Assembly (NCBI RefSeq): GCF_018350175.1
Contig: NC_058368.1
Coordinates: 186,684,001-186,748,000, forward strand
Length of the DNA stretch: 64,000 bases
Source: Felis catus
Lineage: Eukaryota
Reading direction: 5' to 3'
The number at the start of each line of letters is the position of its first letter. Within the stretch, counting starts at the first letter, position 1. The notes under the pieces were generated by a model. The model ran no database searches. It had not been told where the DNA came from and saw nothing but the letters and a program-made list of their open reading frames with translations. This document shows positions 41,536-56,049 of this stretch, in pieces. Position numbers and translations under genes: made by a program.

Positions 41536-44071
41536 ACGTGTGTTTTTGAAACAGAATCTTTACACATTGTGGTGACTATAGAGTAGGATTTCCTTAACAG
41601 TGAAACAGTTCACTAAACAAACCTTGAGATACACACTCATGTGACCTACCTATGAGAATTTAAAAATTGAAAATCAAAACAGCAATAAGTAGAGCCACCT
41701 ATGTCCTTACTGTAAGTATTTCACCTCATATGAAAATATTTGGTAGAAAAAGCACAAGATTTCAATCTGCAAACATAAATTTAAATGAGTGTTTTACCAC
41801 TTAGTAAATTTTAGCTACTTACAAATTTCTGCATTTTGATGGGAAGGGTTGTTTTCAAAATGCTGATAGTACTAATTCCTCATAATATGGTTGTAAGTCT
41901 TCAAACACTTTATAATAGCATAAGAAAATTTAAAAAAAAAGAGTAGAAATCTCAGCCCTTTTTTTTTCTACTAGTTTGTATTTTAAAATGACCACTCTTC
42001 CACAACTACCTGGGTATTTCAGCAGCATTCTTCTGTATTTATGTTCCAGATCTAAACTCCGTATTTGGTTACTATTTCCCCATTTACTTTGGTGGAGGCA
42101 TTCCACAAAGATATTGGCCTTTTCTTGCTCTCCTAGAATCTTCATTTCATGTTCTGGTTGGGTGAACTTTTTTTCACCTCTTAAAATACCGAATGCATGT
42201 TAGGTCATTTCTGAGTGTTTTTACTTTGGAAAGAAGTGCTTTGGATATTCCCAGGTGGTTAACAGTTCATTACCTTAGCATTTCAAGTTACTCAGGTCAC
42301 AGTGTCATTTCATGGAAGATAAAACATGATCTCCTACCCAATACTAGTCACAGTAATTGGAAATTGCAGAGTTAGGATTTCCTGAGTTTTTGCAATTTCT
42401 CACTCTTCTCTTGATGATATGAGTGGTAAACTGGGATTTAAAATAGCCCCATTTTCACTTCCCAAGATAAGCATGCAATGCTGCTGGGTCACTGAGGGAT
42501 GTGATTTGTTTTTCTGGACAAGGGCATTCCTCCAGAGCACACACCTGTCACTGAGAAAGGTGCAGAAAGGAAGCAAGAAATCTGAAACTAGACCTGGAAT
42601 TAACAAATTATACAAAAATAAGATCCATTTGTCATTGTTTAATGTGATACCTTTTAAGCAAAATGGAACTCTGTTAACCAAAGCATGTTCTGTTTCTTGA
42701 TGGAAAAAAAAATGTTGGAATTAGGAATGGAAAGAAGGAAAAGAAAAGCTCTTAATCCAGATGTTTAACATGAATTTACTCCTATTTAAACCATCAACAG
42801 ACAGGTCAGTCTGGGAAATAGGTCAGCAGAAAAGTCCATCCTCCTACCCAACAGAACAGCTGATTCAATCAGTGTGCACACTGTGTTATTCACGGAGAAT
42901 CATTCATAGAGTCTATGGAATGCTGGAGTAAATAAATCACTCTGTTTCCCAAAATTTCAGCATTTAATTGTTGATTGATAAGCAAAATAACCCCAGGTAA
43001 AGCATAATTTTATGGTGGATTGTTGAATGAGAAACATGAGACTTTCTTTATTCGTACTGGCCTGTTTAATAGGGCCTCTTCAAAAACCCTTATTGTCAGG
43101 AATGGACACCTGTAAGTTAAAGTTCAAGACTAGAAAGCAAATAGTGTAGATTCTTGGACTAAAGCAAGGCCTTCGGCTTGGTTCTTGCAAAGGCAATTTA
43201 TCTGCAGAGAATGACAGTTTATTCACTAGTCTGCCTATTCCTTCTCTTCCCCTTCATTTACTTTTGCTTCCTTCTCTCTCTTGTTTTAACTACTATCAAC
43301 AAATTTCTCATGGGTGTTTGAGTAAGTAAAAATGCCAAAACATGAAAATTTGAAAAATATTTTGTTATATTTCCTAGAGCAGTAGAGATCGGTACATGAT
43401 CTTTCTGGTTAAAGGGAAACTATGTCTTGTTAATATCTTAATCAAAAAAAAAAAAAAGGACAGGTTAGTGTTTTCTACTGTGTCTCACTGCTCAAGTGAA
43501 GAAAAAGACAATTAGGAAATCCACTTGGTCAAGCCTGGTAAGGTTGGGGTGGAGACCCGATTTCAAAGATTAGCTAAATCCACATGACAACTGCTATTCC
43601 CTTCATTTTCTGGAATGTCTTCGCCTAAGTACACCCTGATAAAGAGATGGCATTTTAAGACAGAACTCATAATTGAAGACAGTCTCAAGATAGACAGTTG
43701 TGTTGTGTGAGGATTAGGAACCTTGGAACAGACAGATTTAGTGCCAGTACATTACATACCAACTGTGCAACTCTGGACAGATCAATAATCCAGAATTCTC
43801 AATCTCCTCATTTTTAAAATGAGAATATTAGAAATAACTTTCTCATAGGTTTATTGTCAAGATTAAATATTGAAACTGTGTGAAGGCTTTAATATAGTTC
43901 CTATCTCCAGAAAGTAATAATTGGAGGTCACATATGTTTTCTCTGTATGAAAGTTGCTTTTCAGCTTGGTGGTGTGGACTGTGGTCAGAACTTCAGCTTT
44001 TTCATTGTGTCTCAAGGCCTCTGTTTCTTCTTTATTTGAAGTCATGCCCTTCTGCTGCAGTCCAATGGACT

Positions 44072-44282
44072 GATAGTTTTCCAAGTGTGAACCCCAGCCT
44101 CGCAGCCTGGCATCACCTGCAAGCTGGTGATTTCTAACCTGGGAGCTTGTTAGAAATGCAGATCATTGAGCCTTATTCCAGCCTTACTGATTCAGAAACC
44201 CTGCAAGTGGGGTCCCGAGATCTCTATGTTTTAACAGAGCCTCTAAGGAATTCTGATGAATGTTCAAGTTTGGAAACCTCTG
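44072..44282. mobile_element. MER5A-like DNA transposon fossil
   Basis: acctgggagcttgttagaaatgcagat...ccttactgattcagaaaccctg...gttttaacagagccctc-like...caagtttggaaacctctg. Confidence 0.7.
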
Positions 44283-47200
44283 AAACAGACTATACCATCC
44301 GCCAAACCAAGGAAATTCTGAGAGATGGTTCCTAGACAGAATTTGTCCCTGGTAGGGCTGGTGAACTATCAAACCACAGATGTCTACTATATGTAGGTGA
44401 AAGCATTTGAATTTAATAGGATTTTACATCAGCTGTCATATTTAGTGGCATATTTAAAGACAGAAATTCTTATTCATTCCTTATTAAGGAAAATTTTGCA
44501 AGCCTCCAGAGGACTACCATTCACTGAGAGGGTCCTCTTTTATGAGCTGTAGAGTACACAAGGGCTTGGGGGCTGCTGCTGTGCCTCAGCATTACACGGC
44601 AAACAAAGACCAGATTCTAATTCCTACTCTAACACATATTCACTATGAGAACTTGTGTTAGGTTTCTTAATTTCTCTGTGCTTTATTTTCTGAGCACGAG
44701 ATTAGTACCTGCCCTACAGGGCCACTGGGATAACTGAAAGAGGTCAATATGTAAAATAATTAGTCCTGGCTTCTAGTTGCTACTCACTAAGCTCCCTTCT
44801 CTGAGACAAGAATGGGGCATCCATCATGTAAATAGCCAGGGCCCTATCAAAAATGCTCCTTCCATATTTCAGGCACCTGAGCATACTGCTTCAGCAAGAG
44901 ACCTGTATAAATAGAGGGAGAATACCTAGAGTGAGAAAGGACTTCAGGGGGTAACCCCATGCAGTTCCAATCTTCAGACTGGTGCTGCAAAATTAAATCC
45001 ACCTTACTGATGACTCACTGAGAGATTGGATTACTAAGGTCACAAAATTAATTCTATCTAATCACTTCTTACTGAGCCCCTACTATGTGCCAGGCACCAT
45101 GCCAAGTGCTTGGGGATACAACAGTGAAAGAAAAAGACCTTGCTTCTGCCTTTCCCAGGAAGTATAGCCTGGTGGGGCAGCCAAATATTAAACAGATGAT
45201 CATAATGACAAGCATTATGGTGTAATGTTGTAGGGCCATGAGGAAAGAGAAGCCAGGCTCTTTCCTTGCTCTGCCACACTAGCAATGGAGACATCTCCCT
45301 CTTTGACACTGGCTTGAGGGCTGTTTTCCCTATCAGTCAGGAGGATAGCTGGTGGATCTGTGAACCCATGAATACTGTGCTCCCTCTCCACCTGTGAAAT
45401 GAAAGGCAGCTTTTACGCATCTCACTTCAGCATTCAGAAGTAGCTCAGTCCAGACTTATGTATTATACTTAATAAGTGTATGATGTATTATAACAAAAAC
45501 ATAGTGTTTACTTTATATGAAGCATTGTTCTCAGCACTTTACAGAAGTCACTAACCAAAGCAAAATTTAAATAATCTGATGAATTCAAAGCTCTGGTTTG
45601 TTTATATAGTCGATGGCATTTAAAAAAATGGCCATGGAAGATCAAATGTATGCATTTAATGAATATTTATTGCTTTTGAAAAGCAAGAACAATTATGATT
45701 TTTTTGAGTGCTTGCTATGTGCAAAGCTGGGCTAAGTGGTTTGCATGTGCTGTCTTATTTAATCCTCTCAAAGAACTCTAGAGACTGGTGTTTCTCCCAC
45801 TTTACATATAAGAAATGAACTCAGAGAGGTTGAATGATTTGCCCATGGAATCAAAACTAGTGAATGGCTCAACCCAGAGTCAAAATGTGGGTTGTCTGAG
45901 TCCAGAATTAGAACTTGGAAACACTGCACTATATTTCCACTTCTAAAAGAAAACAGATATGCTTCCAGGTGTTGATCAGGCTACTATTCAAAACAGACAA
46001 ACAAACAAACAAACAATTCTCAGAACTGGTGATTCCACAGCAAGTTGGGTAAACAAACAGATGCTGTGGCGTAGTGTCAAGAGAGGGATGCAGCTAATTT
46101 CTGAGGAGGCGAGTAAACAAGGTTGGCATTATCTGGGAGGCTTTATGGAGAACGTGAGAAAACTGGCCCTTCAAGGACAAGGTGGGGTAATCAGAGCAGT
46201 GTCTCAGGGCTTCCCCTGAATGTGCAGCCTAATAAACTGCAACCCGCTTGAGCTGCCTCCTCCATGTCACCATTAATTGAGAAATAAATTGGAAATGAAG
46301 GCGGCTGTACTTTATACCTCTCCACTTTACAGCTCCATAGCTAAGGGTAAGAGTTTTCTGGGAAAAAAAGATTGTTGTTTTTCTTTTCATTGTTTTGTAT
46401 TTTAATTGAAGTTAATTTATACCTTGACTATTAATGACCTTAATTAAGACTCTACAGGCAGTCAAAGTTTGGGGTTCAACTATCCTAATACAGCACAACA
46501 CTGAGGAGTCACACTTTATAAGCTGATGCAGATGTCCAACCTGCCTCACCTACCGCAACCAACCGCAGCCTCAGCCTGATTAGATCTTCAGCAGTGGCAA
46601 GATGATTAGGCTTACCTACGGAAAGTTCATCACTCATGTCTATTCCACATCCACTGTGAGGGCAGGATACTTTTTTTAGGCATGGCTATTTGCTGTGTTT
46701 TCTCAGCCTGCTAGCACCTTTATGTTTCCCACTGCATTTGTAGCCTGTCATGACAGTCACCTTGCATAGCACTTCTGTTTCCCAAGTTCTTCCTGCATAG
46801 TCAGTTGATCTCCCAAAACTTTATTCTTAACAGTTGAAGAAAACTAGTTTGGGATGGATTAAATCACTGTTCCAAGGTCAGAAATAAGAATCAGGGCAAC
46901 CAGTAGTCCAGTCTTTTCACTCCAAATTCATTTTGTTTTCTGGAGGCTGTTATTGCCATGGGGACCGGCAGCCGTGCTGTCTTCCTCACCACTGTGGCTA
47001 CAACACCTGGCACAGCGCCAGACACACACTAGTGCCTGTTACGTATATTTTGTAAATTTTTGATTAAAAATAAATTATAAAGCTTCAAGAATTATCTAAC
47101 AAATCTTGGGTTTCATAAATAACACAACAGAAACCCACTAAAATCAGACGAATTATCCAACTTAGAACAAGTTGCCATACTAAGAGTCCACTGTTCCCAT

Positions 47201-49293
47201 TATTTTTATAATGCTTGTTATTATTGATCTGTATTCTTACCTCAGCCAAGTCTGATGTATATAACTGTTCTTAACATAGTTGCTCAATAGAAAAACAAAT
47301 ATCCTGGTGCTTAGAGAGGGGGAGACTCCTGAACAACTGTCATGTGTAGCGGCCAAAGGAATTTTGCTAAGCAGTTATTTTCTAGGTAGTTAAAAGAGCA
47401 AACAACCCAGAGCAGAAGGGAAAATAACAACACTCTCTGAAATAATGAAGAATGATATGTTCCCCCACTTCTATCCGCTTTACTTTCCTTGAGTGTTGGA
47501 AAGTCACACTTCTCTCCCCCAAGCTTTGTGCTCTAATGATCAAACTCCATCACTTAGTAACTGTGTGACTTTCTGACATTTGATGATGCCTTCACTTTAT
47601 AACCTAGGAATGAATTCCTTTTTCAAAAAGATGGTCGTGAGCATTCAGTTAGACAGTTTCTGCAAAGCCCTGGTACATGAGACATGACTTTAAACATTTG
47701 TTTTCTTCCCTAGGGCCATTGAATCCATCACTAAAGCCATTACCTGGCCCTTCCTTGAGAGAAGTGTTTCTAAATTCATTGGGTTTCATTTCCAAATCTT
47801 AAAAACTTTAAATATTAATCTTAAGAATATATTTGTTTAATATGTCCACTAAGCAAAATACTACCATATACCAAACCTACAGAAAATCTAATCAGCGGGC
47901 AGAGATTAATTGGTCAATTACTAGGTTCTAGCATATTTTATAGGTTCTGTTTCTCAAAATATTTTAGATTTGAATTTAAAATACAGGGTCATTAAACCAC
48001 ATTTGAAAGCTAATTGTTACTATATAATCTTAGCAACCTTCTTTTTGCCTTCTGCATAATTCATGAAGCTCAGACCATTTTATCTTCCAATTAAGTGTTT
48101 GGTTATATCCCTTGCTTCCATATATCATCAGTATCTACTATTGATCATTTTTATTTTATTTTATATTTCAACAAATTACTGGCAATTGGTATATCATGAT
48201 TCTCCATCAAAATAAATGTACTCTGTTATTAATAATAATGTGTTGCAACTAGGTTTTATTATCTATAGCAATTGAAGGCTCTTAAAAATAAGACACACAA
48301 ATCTTCCCTTCTTAATAAAACAAAAAAACATTATCACAGTCATTTAATATTTGGGTATCATGGTGTCAGTATTCATTCTTTCCTTTTAGCTTTGCCAAGA
48401 AGCTAAAATCATCCAAGAGATAAAAGAGGTCACCATATCTACAGGACACCCTCCTACTCCCTGGGCTCAGAATTCAACTTAATACAGCCAAATTTGGGCT
48501 AACTCACTTCTTGAATCCTGCCTCCTTCCATTCCTTCTCAGGTCAATCCCTCACCCCACTGACCCTTCCACCATGCACAGTTTTGCCCAGCTGTTAATTT
48601 TCAAGTCCCTTGTTCTGAATTCTGTTGTATTTTGGCAAGTCACATGATGCCTGAATTTCTATTGTTCAAAACTCTTCTTTTATCCTATTTATATTGATAT
48701 TGCAAATTTAGGGTGATATCTCATAATCATGGGTGTTAAGAAACAATTAAGTGAAGTTATAGGAAAAGGTTTCTGGTATATGTAGCAAGTGCTTAACAAA
48801 TGTTATCTACTGGTTTTAGTTCTAGTTTTAGCATGAATTCATCTATAATTAGGCTACTATCATGAGCATAACTCAGTAATTAATCCCTTAATACTATTTC
48901 ATACCTAGCACAGCTTAATTTTGTATTTATTCATATCAGAACTGTAAATTCTTTAAAGAGTGCCACACCTTCTATTTCTCTGTATGCCCTAAGTGGTAGT
49001 AGCAGCAGTCTATTATATCTATTATATCATTACCTTATTAAAGAAGTGCTCTAAGGTTGGATTATTATACCATTTAATAGATGAAGAAACTGAAACTAGC
49101 ATAGCTTATAGTGATGGAGGCACCATTCACATTAGGAATTCACCCAAGTTCACTTAGATAGTAAGTGGCAGAACCAGGATATGCACCCAGACACATGGAT
49201 CCCAAACCCACATACCCAGCTGGTATGTTCCTCTTTCTTCCTCATCTCTTGAGTGGCCACTTTGAAACAACTTGGTAATTGCAATGCTTTTTA

Positions 49294-49499
49294 CAACGTT
49301 TTTTATTTATTTTTGGGACAGAGAGAGACAGAGCATGAACGGGGGAGGGGCAGAGAGAGACGGAGACACAGAATCGGAAACAGGCTCCAGGCTCCGAGCC
49401 ATCAGCCCGGAGCCTGACGCGGGGCTTGAACTCACGGACCGCGAGATCGTGACCTGGCTGAAGTCGGACGCTTAACCGACTGCGCCACCCAGGTGCCCC
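49294..49499 (-). mobile_element. Young SINEC_Fc-type SINE essentially lacking a poly(A) tail
   Basis: High CpG retention; TSD tgcaatgcttttta (49280-49293 / 49500-49513). Confidence 0.94.
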
Positions 49500-49832
49500 T
49501 GCAATGCTTTTTAAAAGAAGATCATTAGAATGGCAAACGTCAGAGTGCCTCTGATTTTTGAGCATCAAAAATAAACCCATTAGAAGATATTTGTGGTATA
49601 GTTAAAATGTGAGACACTAGCCTTGATCAAGCTACATTCTCATCTCAGTTCATAGCCTGATGATCCTCAGTGATCTCAAATGGCTCTAAATGATGTACTG
49701 ATTTGGGTTTAGTCAGATGATGAGCGATATCTGTTTGTCTGTTATCCTTCTTAGATAATGTAGCATCAAAGCCGGTTCTCTTAACACTCTGATAAATATT
49801 ACCTAGATCACATATCCTAGCACCTTGCATAA

Positions 49833-50234
<402 letters not shown>

Positions 50235-53046
50235 AACATAGCCTCCCATGGGAAGCAAGGACTAGATTCCTCCTCAAACCAGTTGTACAGCCTGACGTAG
50301 GACTTGGAAAACACATCAATCCAGGACAAAAGTGATGCTAAAATACCTTAGTTGCTGGCCTATCCTGTGGTCCATTTCATACCATTTGGGTTGCTTCTGC
50401 TAAGTAATGAATACACTAAGGTCCTTGTGGTTTTCCAGTTAAAATGCAAGTGATTTGTATACATGCTGGCAAGACTGTCTGAGTGTTCCACTTTATCTGC
50501 TGATGCAGCCTATATAGAGGGCAATTATTTAGAAGATATTCTGAGAGGGCTCAGTAGCATTGCCAGTCATTTTGCTGAGAAGTGGTCATATCCAGATACT
50601 CCCCATCTTCATTTCTAAGGTTGGCATGCTGTTGAGATGGCACTGTGTTTATGAAACATCTGCAATGCCATGCAAACATGCTTACTGAAGATGACCTATG
50701 CCTGTCTTAAGGTGATAATGGTGTGTCATGGGAAGATAGTTCCCACTGGATTCTAGAAGGTTCTCATGTAGTTCAAACAGGATAGGCAGAGTGAAGACAG
50801 AGGCTTGGTAACCAATTTTGCCAGTCTCTGCTTGAGCACAGGGAGTCAACTCTGATGTCTTCCATTTTGACATTTCTAGAAACTGGGGACTACTAAACAT
50901 TATCATGCGTGGTGGCCAAGAAATGTTTCTAAAAAGCTATTTCTTGTTGGTTAAAATAGAGTTAATAATCCAGAGAAGAGTGGAAAATCCAGAAACAAAT
51001 GTTGTAACAAAATTAAAGCAAGTGAGCAGCATGACCCTTACCAGCCCCACACAGCATCTGGTCCATACATATTTTGTATAATGGCAAAAGGTCAGTGAGA
51101 GAGATTTTTTTCCCCCACTTCACAGGCTTTTGACAGCACACCTAAAGAGGTTTTTATAGTTTATCTAATCAAAAGACAACCACAAAATAGAAAAGCTAGC
51201 AAAATTAGAAGTATCTTAGATACAGGTTAGATTGGGAGTCATTCAAATATACTAATATAGAGTACAGATAAAGCTAGGAGACAGGTTGATTTTCTCAGAC
51301 AATGTCAGCTGTCTCTACAACATTTCCCTTAAGTTTATTTCTGAATTTAATAGGGTATTTCAAAAGAAGGATTTGTTCATTTCTTTAAAGGATTAATGGT
51401 CCTTTGCCAGCTTTTCTTGTTTCTGAAATCCTGATTATATTCTTAGGAGACAAAGCAAGGCTTTGAGGAGATTGATTGAACTACATTTCCTTATGTGCAA
51501 TGACATTCACCTTTGTATTTTTCATAGCAAACAATACTTAAAGGATTATGTGCACAAGTAGAGTTAGTTTGTGGGTTTGTTGGATTTGACTTTTTAAGGG
51601 TGCTTTCATTGTATATGTTGCGATCGGCTGGATCAAAGAAAACATGAAAAGTAGTGTAGAATAGGATAACAACAAAGCCACATTAACATGATGAATGTTA
51701 TGAGCCTCAATTGATATTACAGAAAAATATATAACTGATCAGCAGGCATGATGTATTGTTTTATTCAATTTTTAAATTATGTCAGTGTGCTTCTTTCTAT
51801 AATAATTGGACATATGCATTCATATGTGAGACAGTAAAGAGAATAAGCTAATATATTTTATTTCTATCAATGTGAGGTCCATATTTTGCTTTTCTTGGAG
51901 AAAATAGTGAATTGCTAATTTCTCCTTAAAGTTTGATTTGATTGAATGTTTTCTTAGAGGATGACTTTGCTATTTCTATTTTAAAGACAAGAAACACTTA
52001 TTTTCAAAGTAACATCCCTAATTGTGCATAGTAGGCAAGGCCAGTATTTGCCTGTGGATAAAATGTATGTTTTTTTCCCCTGATAATTCAGCAGCTTGGA
52101 ATATGACAGAGTCCTGCTGCCCTCCTATTCCAACTATCAGACAGAGAGGGGAAAAAAAAAAAGGTTTAGCATTCAGCTTTCTAAATTCTATGCTCCAAGA
52201 TGGGAGGTATTTTTTTTTTCCTTCACCAGCAAAGGGAACTCTGGCCTTTATTTTTTGATTATACACTTGAACACTTCTGAGTATGATCTTTGGGCAGAAT
52301 CCAACCAAGTTTCTGCCCATGGGCTCAGAGTAAAAATTTCTCAATTTTCTCCAGGTACATGCTTTCACCTAGGCAATCATTTTGGGGCACACACTAATAA
52401 CAGTGCCTGTCCCTTTTCGCCAGGGGTTAAAGTTTGAGTAGCATATATCAGGAAGGAGCATATCGATAACTCAGGTGCACAACTCCAAAATGCCATCCTA
52501 GAAAGGTTTTTCTAGAGACAACTCAGAGCCCAAGTCTAGCAGTGGGCTCTTATTTGCAATTATCATAAAAGCCATAAAAATCCTTGATATTGTCATTTAT
52601 GGTTACAACAAAATTTCAATGTCCAGGGAAGTCAACATGGTAATCTAGATCAAAGTGAGAGAAGAAACTTTGCAGCATGAGCCTCAAAAGCGTATGACCA
52701 AGGATTCATTTCTGTTCACAGTGATAAGAAGAAACCAGAAAAAGGAGAAAGATGGGAGCTTCAAACAGATGCCCTAGAACGAAATCCATATATTGGCATT
52801 CAATAACCACGTAGGTAGAAACAACTGACTCATCCTGCCCAGAGACAACAGTAGATGTAGATTTTATTTTTAACTATATTTTTACTGTAGTTGAATTGGA
52901 CTGTAGTCACCAAACTGGGGGTGGGTTAGGGAGGGGTGCTAGATCTCATAACTCTATGAAAACCAGTCAGCTTGGTATCCAGTGGTTAAATTTAAGGACC
53001 ACAAAAATGTGTTTTGGCAATTCTGATATGGTATTAGTATCACTTT

Positions 53047-53050
<4 letters not shown>

Positions 53051-53092
<42 letters not shown>
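53051..53092. repeat. (AT)21 microsatellite in the 3' UTR
   Basis: Directly visible. Confidence 0.95.
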
Positions 53093-53096
<4 letters not shown>

Positions 53097-54528
53097 TTCC
53101 TTTTGATTATGAAACAGCCAGATAGCCAGCAATTAAGGTGTTTTTCATCTTTGTGAAATTCATAGGCAAATTCTGACTCTAAAATGCACAGTCTAAATGA
53201 AATCTTTGATCTCAATCTGTATATATATATTGTACATGACTGCTAGTAGGTATGAAATGCATTTTCAGAATTGAAAACTCATGCAACATAATCATGTGTT
53301 TGCATAAGGAATGTTACAATTCTTTCTACTGCAATTTAACAACAGGGGAAAATACTTAAGCAGTGCCATCTAGACCTTTTATCTTCTCATGTCTTCAAAA
53401 GCAGTGCTAAGTAAAAATAATAATAATAATAATAATAAAAATGGTTTATGAACCAAAAGACTTTACATTCTAGTATTAGGAACACAAAAAGTCTGTCAGC
53501 TTATAAAAGCACAACACATAGAGAAAGTTCAGTGGAATGCAGTGGGAAAATGAATCATGTTCATTTTAAGCAAGACCTGCATTAAATTGGCAACTAACAC
53601 AATTTCCATTTTCTATAGGTAACTGTGTTCCAGTCTTATGATTAAGTTCATACTAAACAACAAAAACAGCAAAACAATCAACAACAGGTCTTACAACATA
53701 TCTACATGTATATATGTGTATATATAGATCCATGTAAACATAAATACATATATATGCATTCATATGTTGGAAAACAAAAGGAATAAGCTAATATGTTTTA
53801 TTTCCTTCATTTAACCAATGTATGAGTATTTTTAATTGGCAACCAACAAATCAACCTATTGAAACTAGTAATACAGGGTACTGAGCATTTCTCTATCAGC
53901 AGATCAATGCCTACAGTTCTTATGAACCATTGCACAGTTTGACACTACAATAGTACTGTACCTCAGAACATCGGGAATTAACTAGTTCTCACATTGCTTG
54001 TCTACTTGCTCTCTTTTTCAAGAAAACAAATAACATTGTCTATTGGTGATTTAAAAACAAAGTCTTAAAACAGAAAATGAAAAAAAATCCTCCTTGAAGG
54101 AGGAAAAAAAAAATAATAACCCCACCATGTTGGTTAGGGCAAATACTCTCAACTGTAGCAATCATGCCATTTTGCTAAGTGTACAGAGTCCATGTAATGT
54201 GAGCAACCATAACTTTCACTGAGCGTGTGTAAATATTAAAACAGATTTCTTAAATATTTTTAACTTCTAATTTGTATTTTATGGTAAGGCAATGTGCTAA
54301 TTCTGTTTATGGCTTATGTTCATGTGTTATAATATTATGTAAATAATTCAACATGCTGTAAATGAATAGTCAATAGATACAAATAATTGTTTAATTCTTT
54401 TTCTTAATTTTTATTTATTTTTTACTAAGTACAGTTACTGCAGTGCCCCAGCAGAGTAATTTAAACACCCTTTTGCATAAATGGTTTGGGATCCCAGACA
54501 GAAGGGTTTCAATTTGCTATCACAGACA

Positions 54529-54552
54529 TACACACATACACACTCACACACT

Positions 54553-54594
<42 letters not shown>
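54529..54594. repeat. Imperfect (CA)n microsatellite in the 3' UTR
   Basis: Directly visible. Confidence 0.9.
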
Positions 54595-55919
54595 CTCACT
54601 TTCCGCTCTCTCACTTCCACTCTCATCCCCTTTATGGGAAATGCTGTAGTGTTTATGTAGTCAATGTAACAGCCAAGAGATAGCCTTAGAAATGGAAATG
54701 GGAAAAGCAGAAATGATCATTGATAACTTGATAGATTTTTTTATATGTCAGAGTTCAAGACACCAAAGGTTGTAACTTAAATCTCAATTTTAAAAGAGTA
54801 AAAGTTTATATTGATGGCACTACAGGAAATAAAAGTGCTTATTATTCATACCTGTTCCAGAAATTTATTACACATAATACACATGAGACTTTTTTTTAAT
54901 AATAGCATTTTGTCTTTAGATAGTATTATTCCTTTTAACCAAAGACTCCAGAATTATTAAAAAACAAAAAAAAAAAGGAAAGAAAAAAGGAAAAATAGGG
55001 GAAAATAAAAAAAAAAGACTGCTTCACACCAAAGGTTTAAAAAATATTTTCCAAATACACTAGGAACATTGTAAAAACTAGTAAGGAGCCAACAGAATGC
55101 TAACTAAGATACTGCCGTAAAGAAATCATTTAAGAAAAAAAAAGCAGCAACACCCTTAAAAATTTATTACTTAAAAATTGAAGTGAAACATTTCTGTAGA
55201 TATATGCAAAAATTCTAACATCAGATTTTAATTTGCTTTGAAAAGTTCTTTTGTGATAAAGATAAATATGATCCAATATGATGACAAAGAAAACTTTGTG
55301 TTTTTTAACTTTCAAAACCAAATGTCTCTCTCCTGTCAAATGTCCACTAATCTGATGCCCATTTGTGTGTCTTTGTACCACCAGAAGCAAGCTGACAGTT
55401 CCATCAGCTTGTATCTTTTTCCTTTTCAGTTCAGTAATTTGAGTTAAACCATGGTCATTTTAAACATAATTATTTCAAACAAAGTTGCAAATGATTTAAA
55501 TTCCATAGCATTTAAAAAATTTTATTTGCATGGGTGTTTAAATAGTTCTGTTATGAATATTGTCCCTGCACAGTTCTGAATTGTCCTTTTATAAAAAGTG
55601 ATATTCTAGTTTCTTCACAATGTAGTGATTATCAGCCTTACTAATTACCTTGTAGCCTTTCTTAATATGCACATAATGCACATTTTCCAATGGCTAGAAA
55701 ATGCAAAACACAAGTGGATATCATTGCATCTATTTTCATGTCTTTCTAAAAAACAGGACTACTAAAATCTCTGGGATACATGAGATAGTAACAAATGAGG
55801 ATTATAAATGAGTAGCACATAAGAATTATTTTCTTGAATTTAAACTTATTACAGCCAGTTTCAGCATGTAAATATATAATAATGTTGGCTAGTGTGTAAT
55901 TCTTGAACTAAGAAATATA

Positions 55920-55925
55920 AATAAA
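55920..55925 (+). terminator. Candidate distal polyadenylation signal AATAAA
   Basis: Upstream TGTA motifs (55867, 55895), then AATAAA followed by tgtgttgtggtttc and (GT)22. Another AATAAA at 54828-54833 may be a proximal site. Confidence 0.7.
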
Positions 55926-55958
55926 ACTTAAAAGAATGTGTTGTGGTTTCATTGGGTT

Positions 55959-55962
<4 letters not shown>

Positions 55963-56006
<44 letters not shown>
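55963..56006. repeat. (GT)22 microsatellite just downstream of the candidate poly(A) site
   Basis: Directly visible. Confidence 0.95.
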
Positions 56007-56009
<3 letters not shown>

Positions 56010-56049
56010 GTTTATTAGTATGAGTTAGATTGTTGAATCTTGGCTTTGT

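Larger units (their letters stand above)
50235..55945 (+). other. GABRB2: Putative long 3' UTR of GABRB2 (~5.7 kb)
   Basis: Follows the stop codon and contains no recognisable SINE/LINE until the MIR at ~56050. It ends at an AATAAA with a GU-rich downstream element. The end is inferred. Confidence 0.7.
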
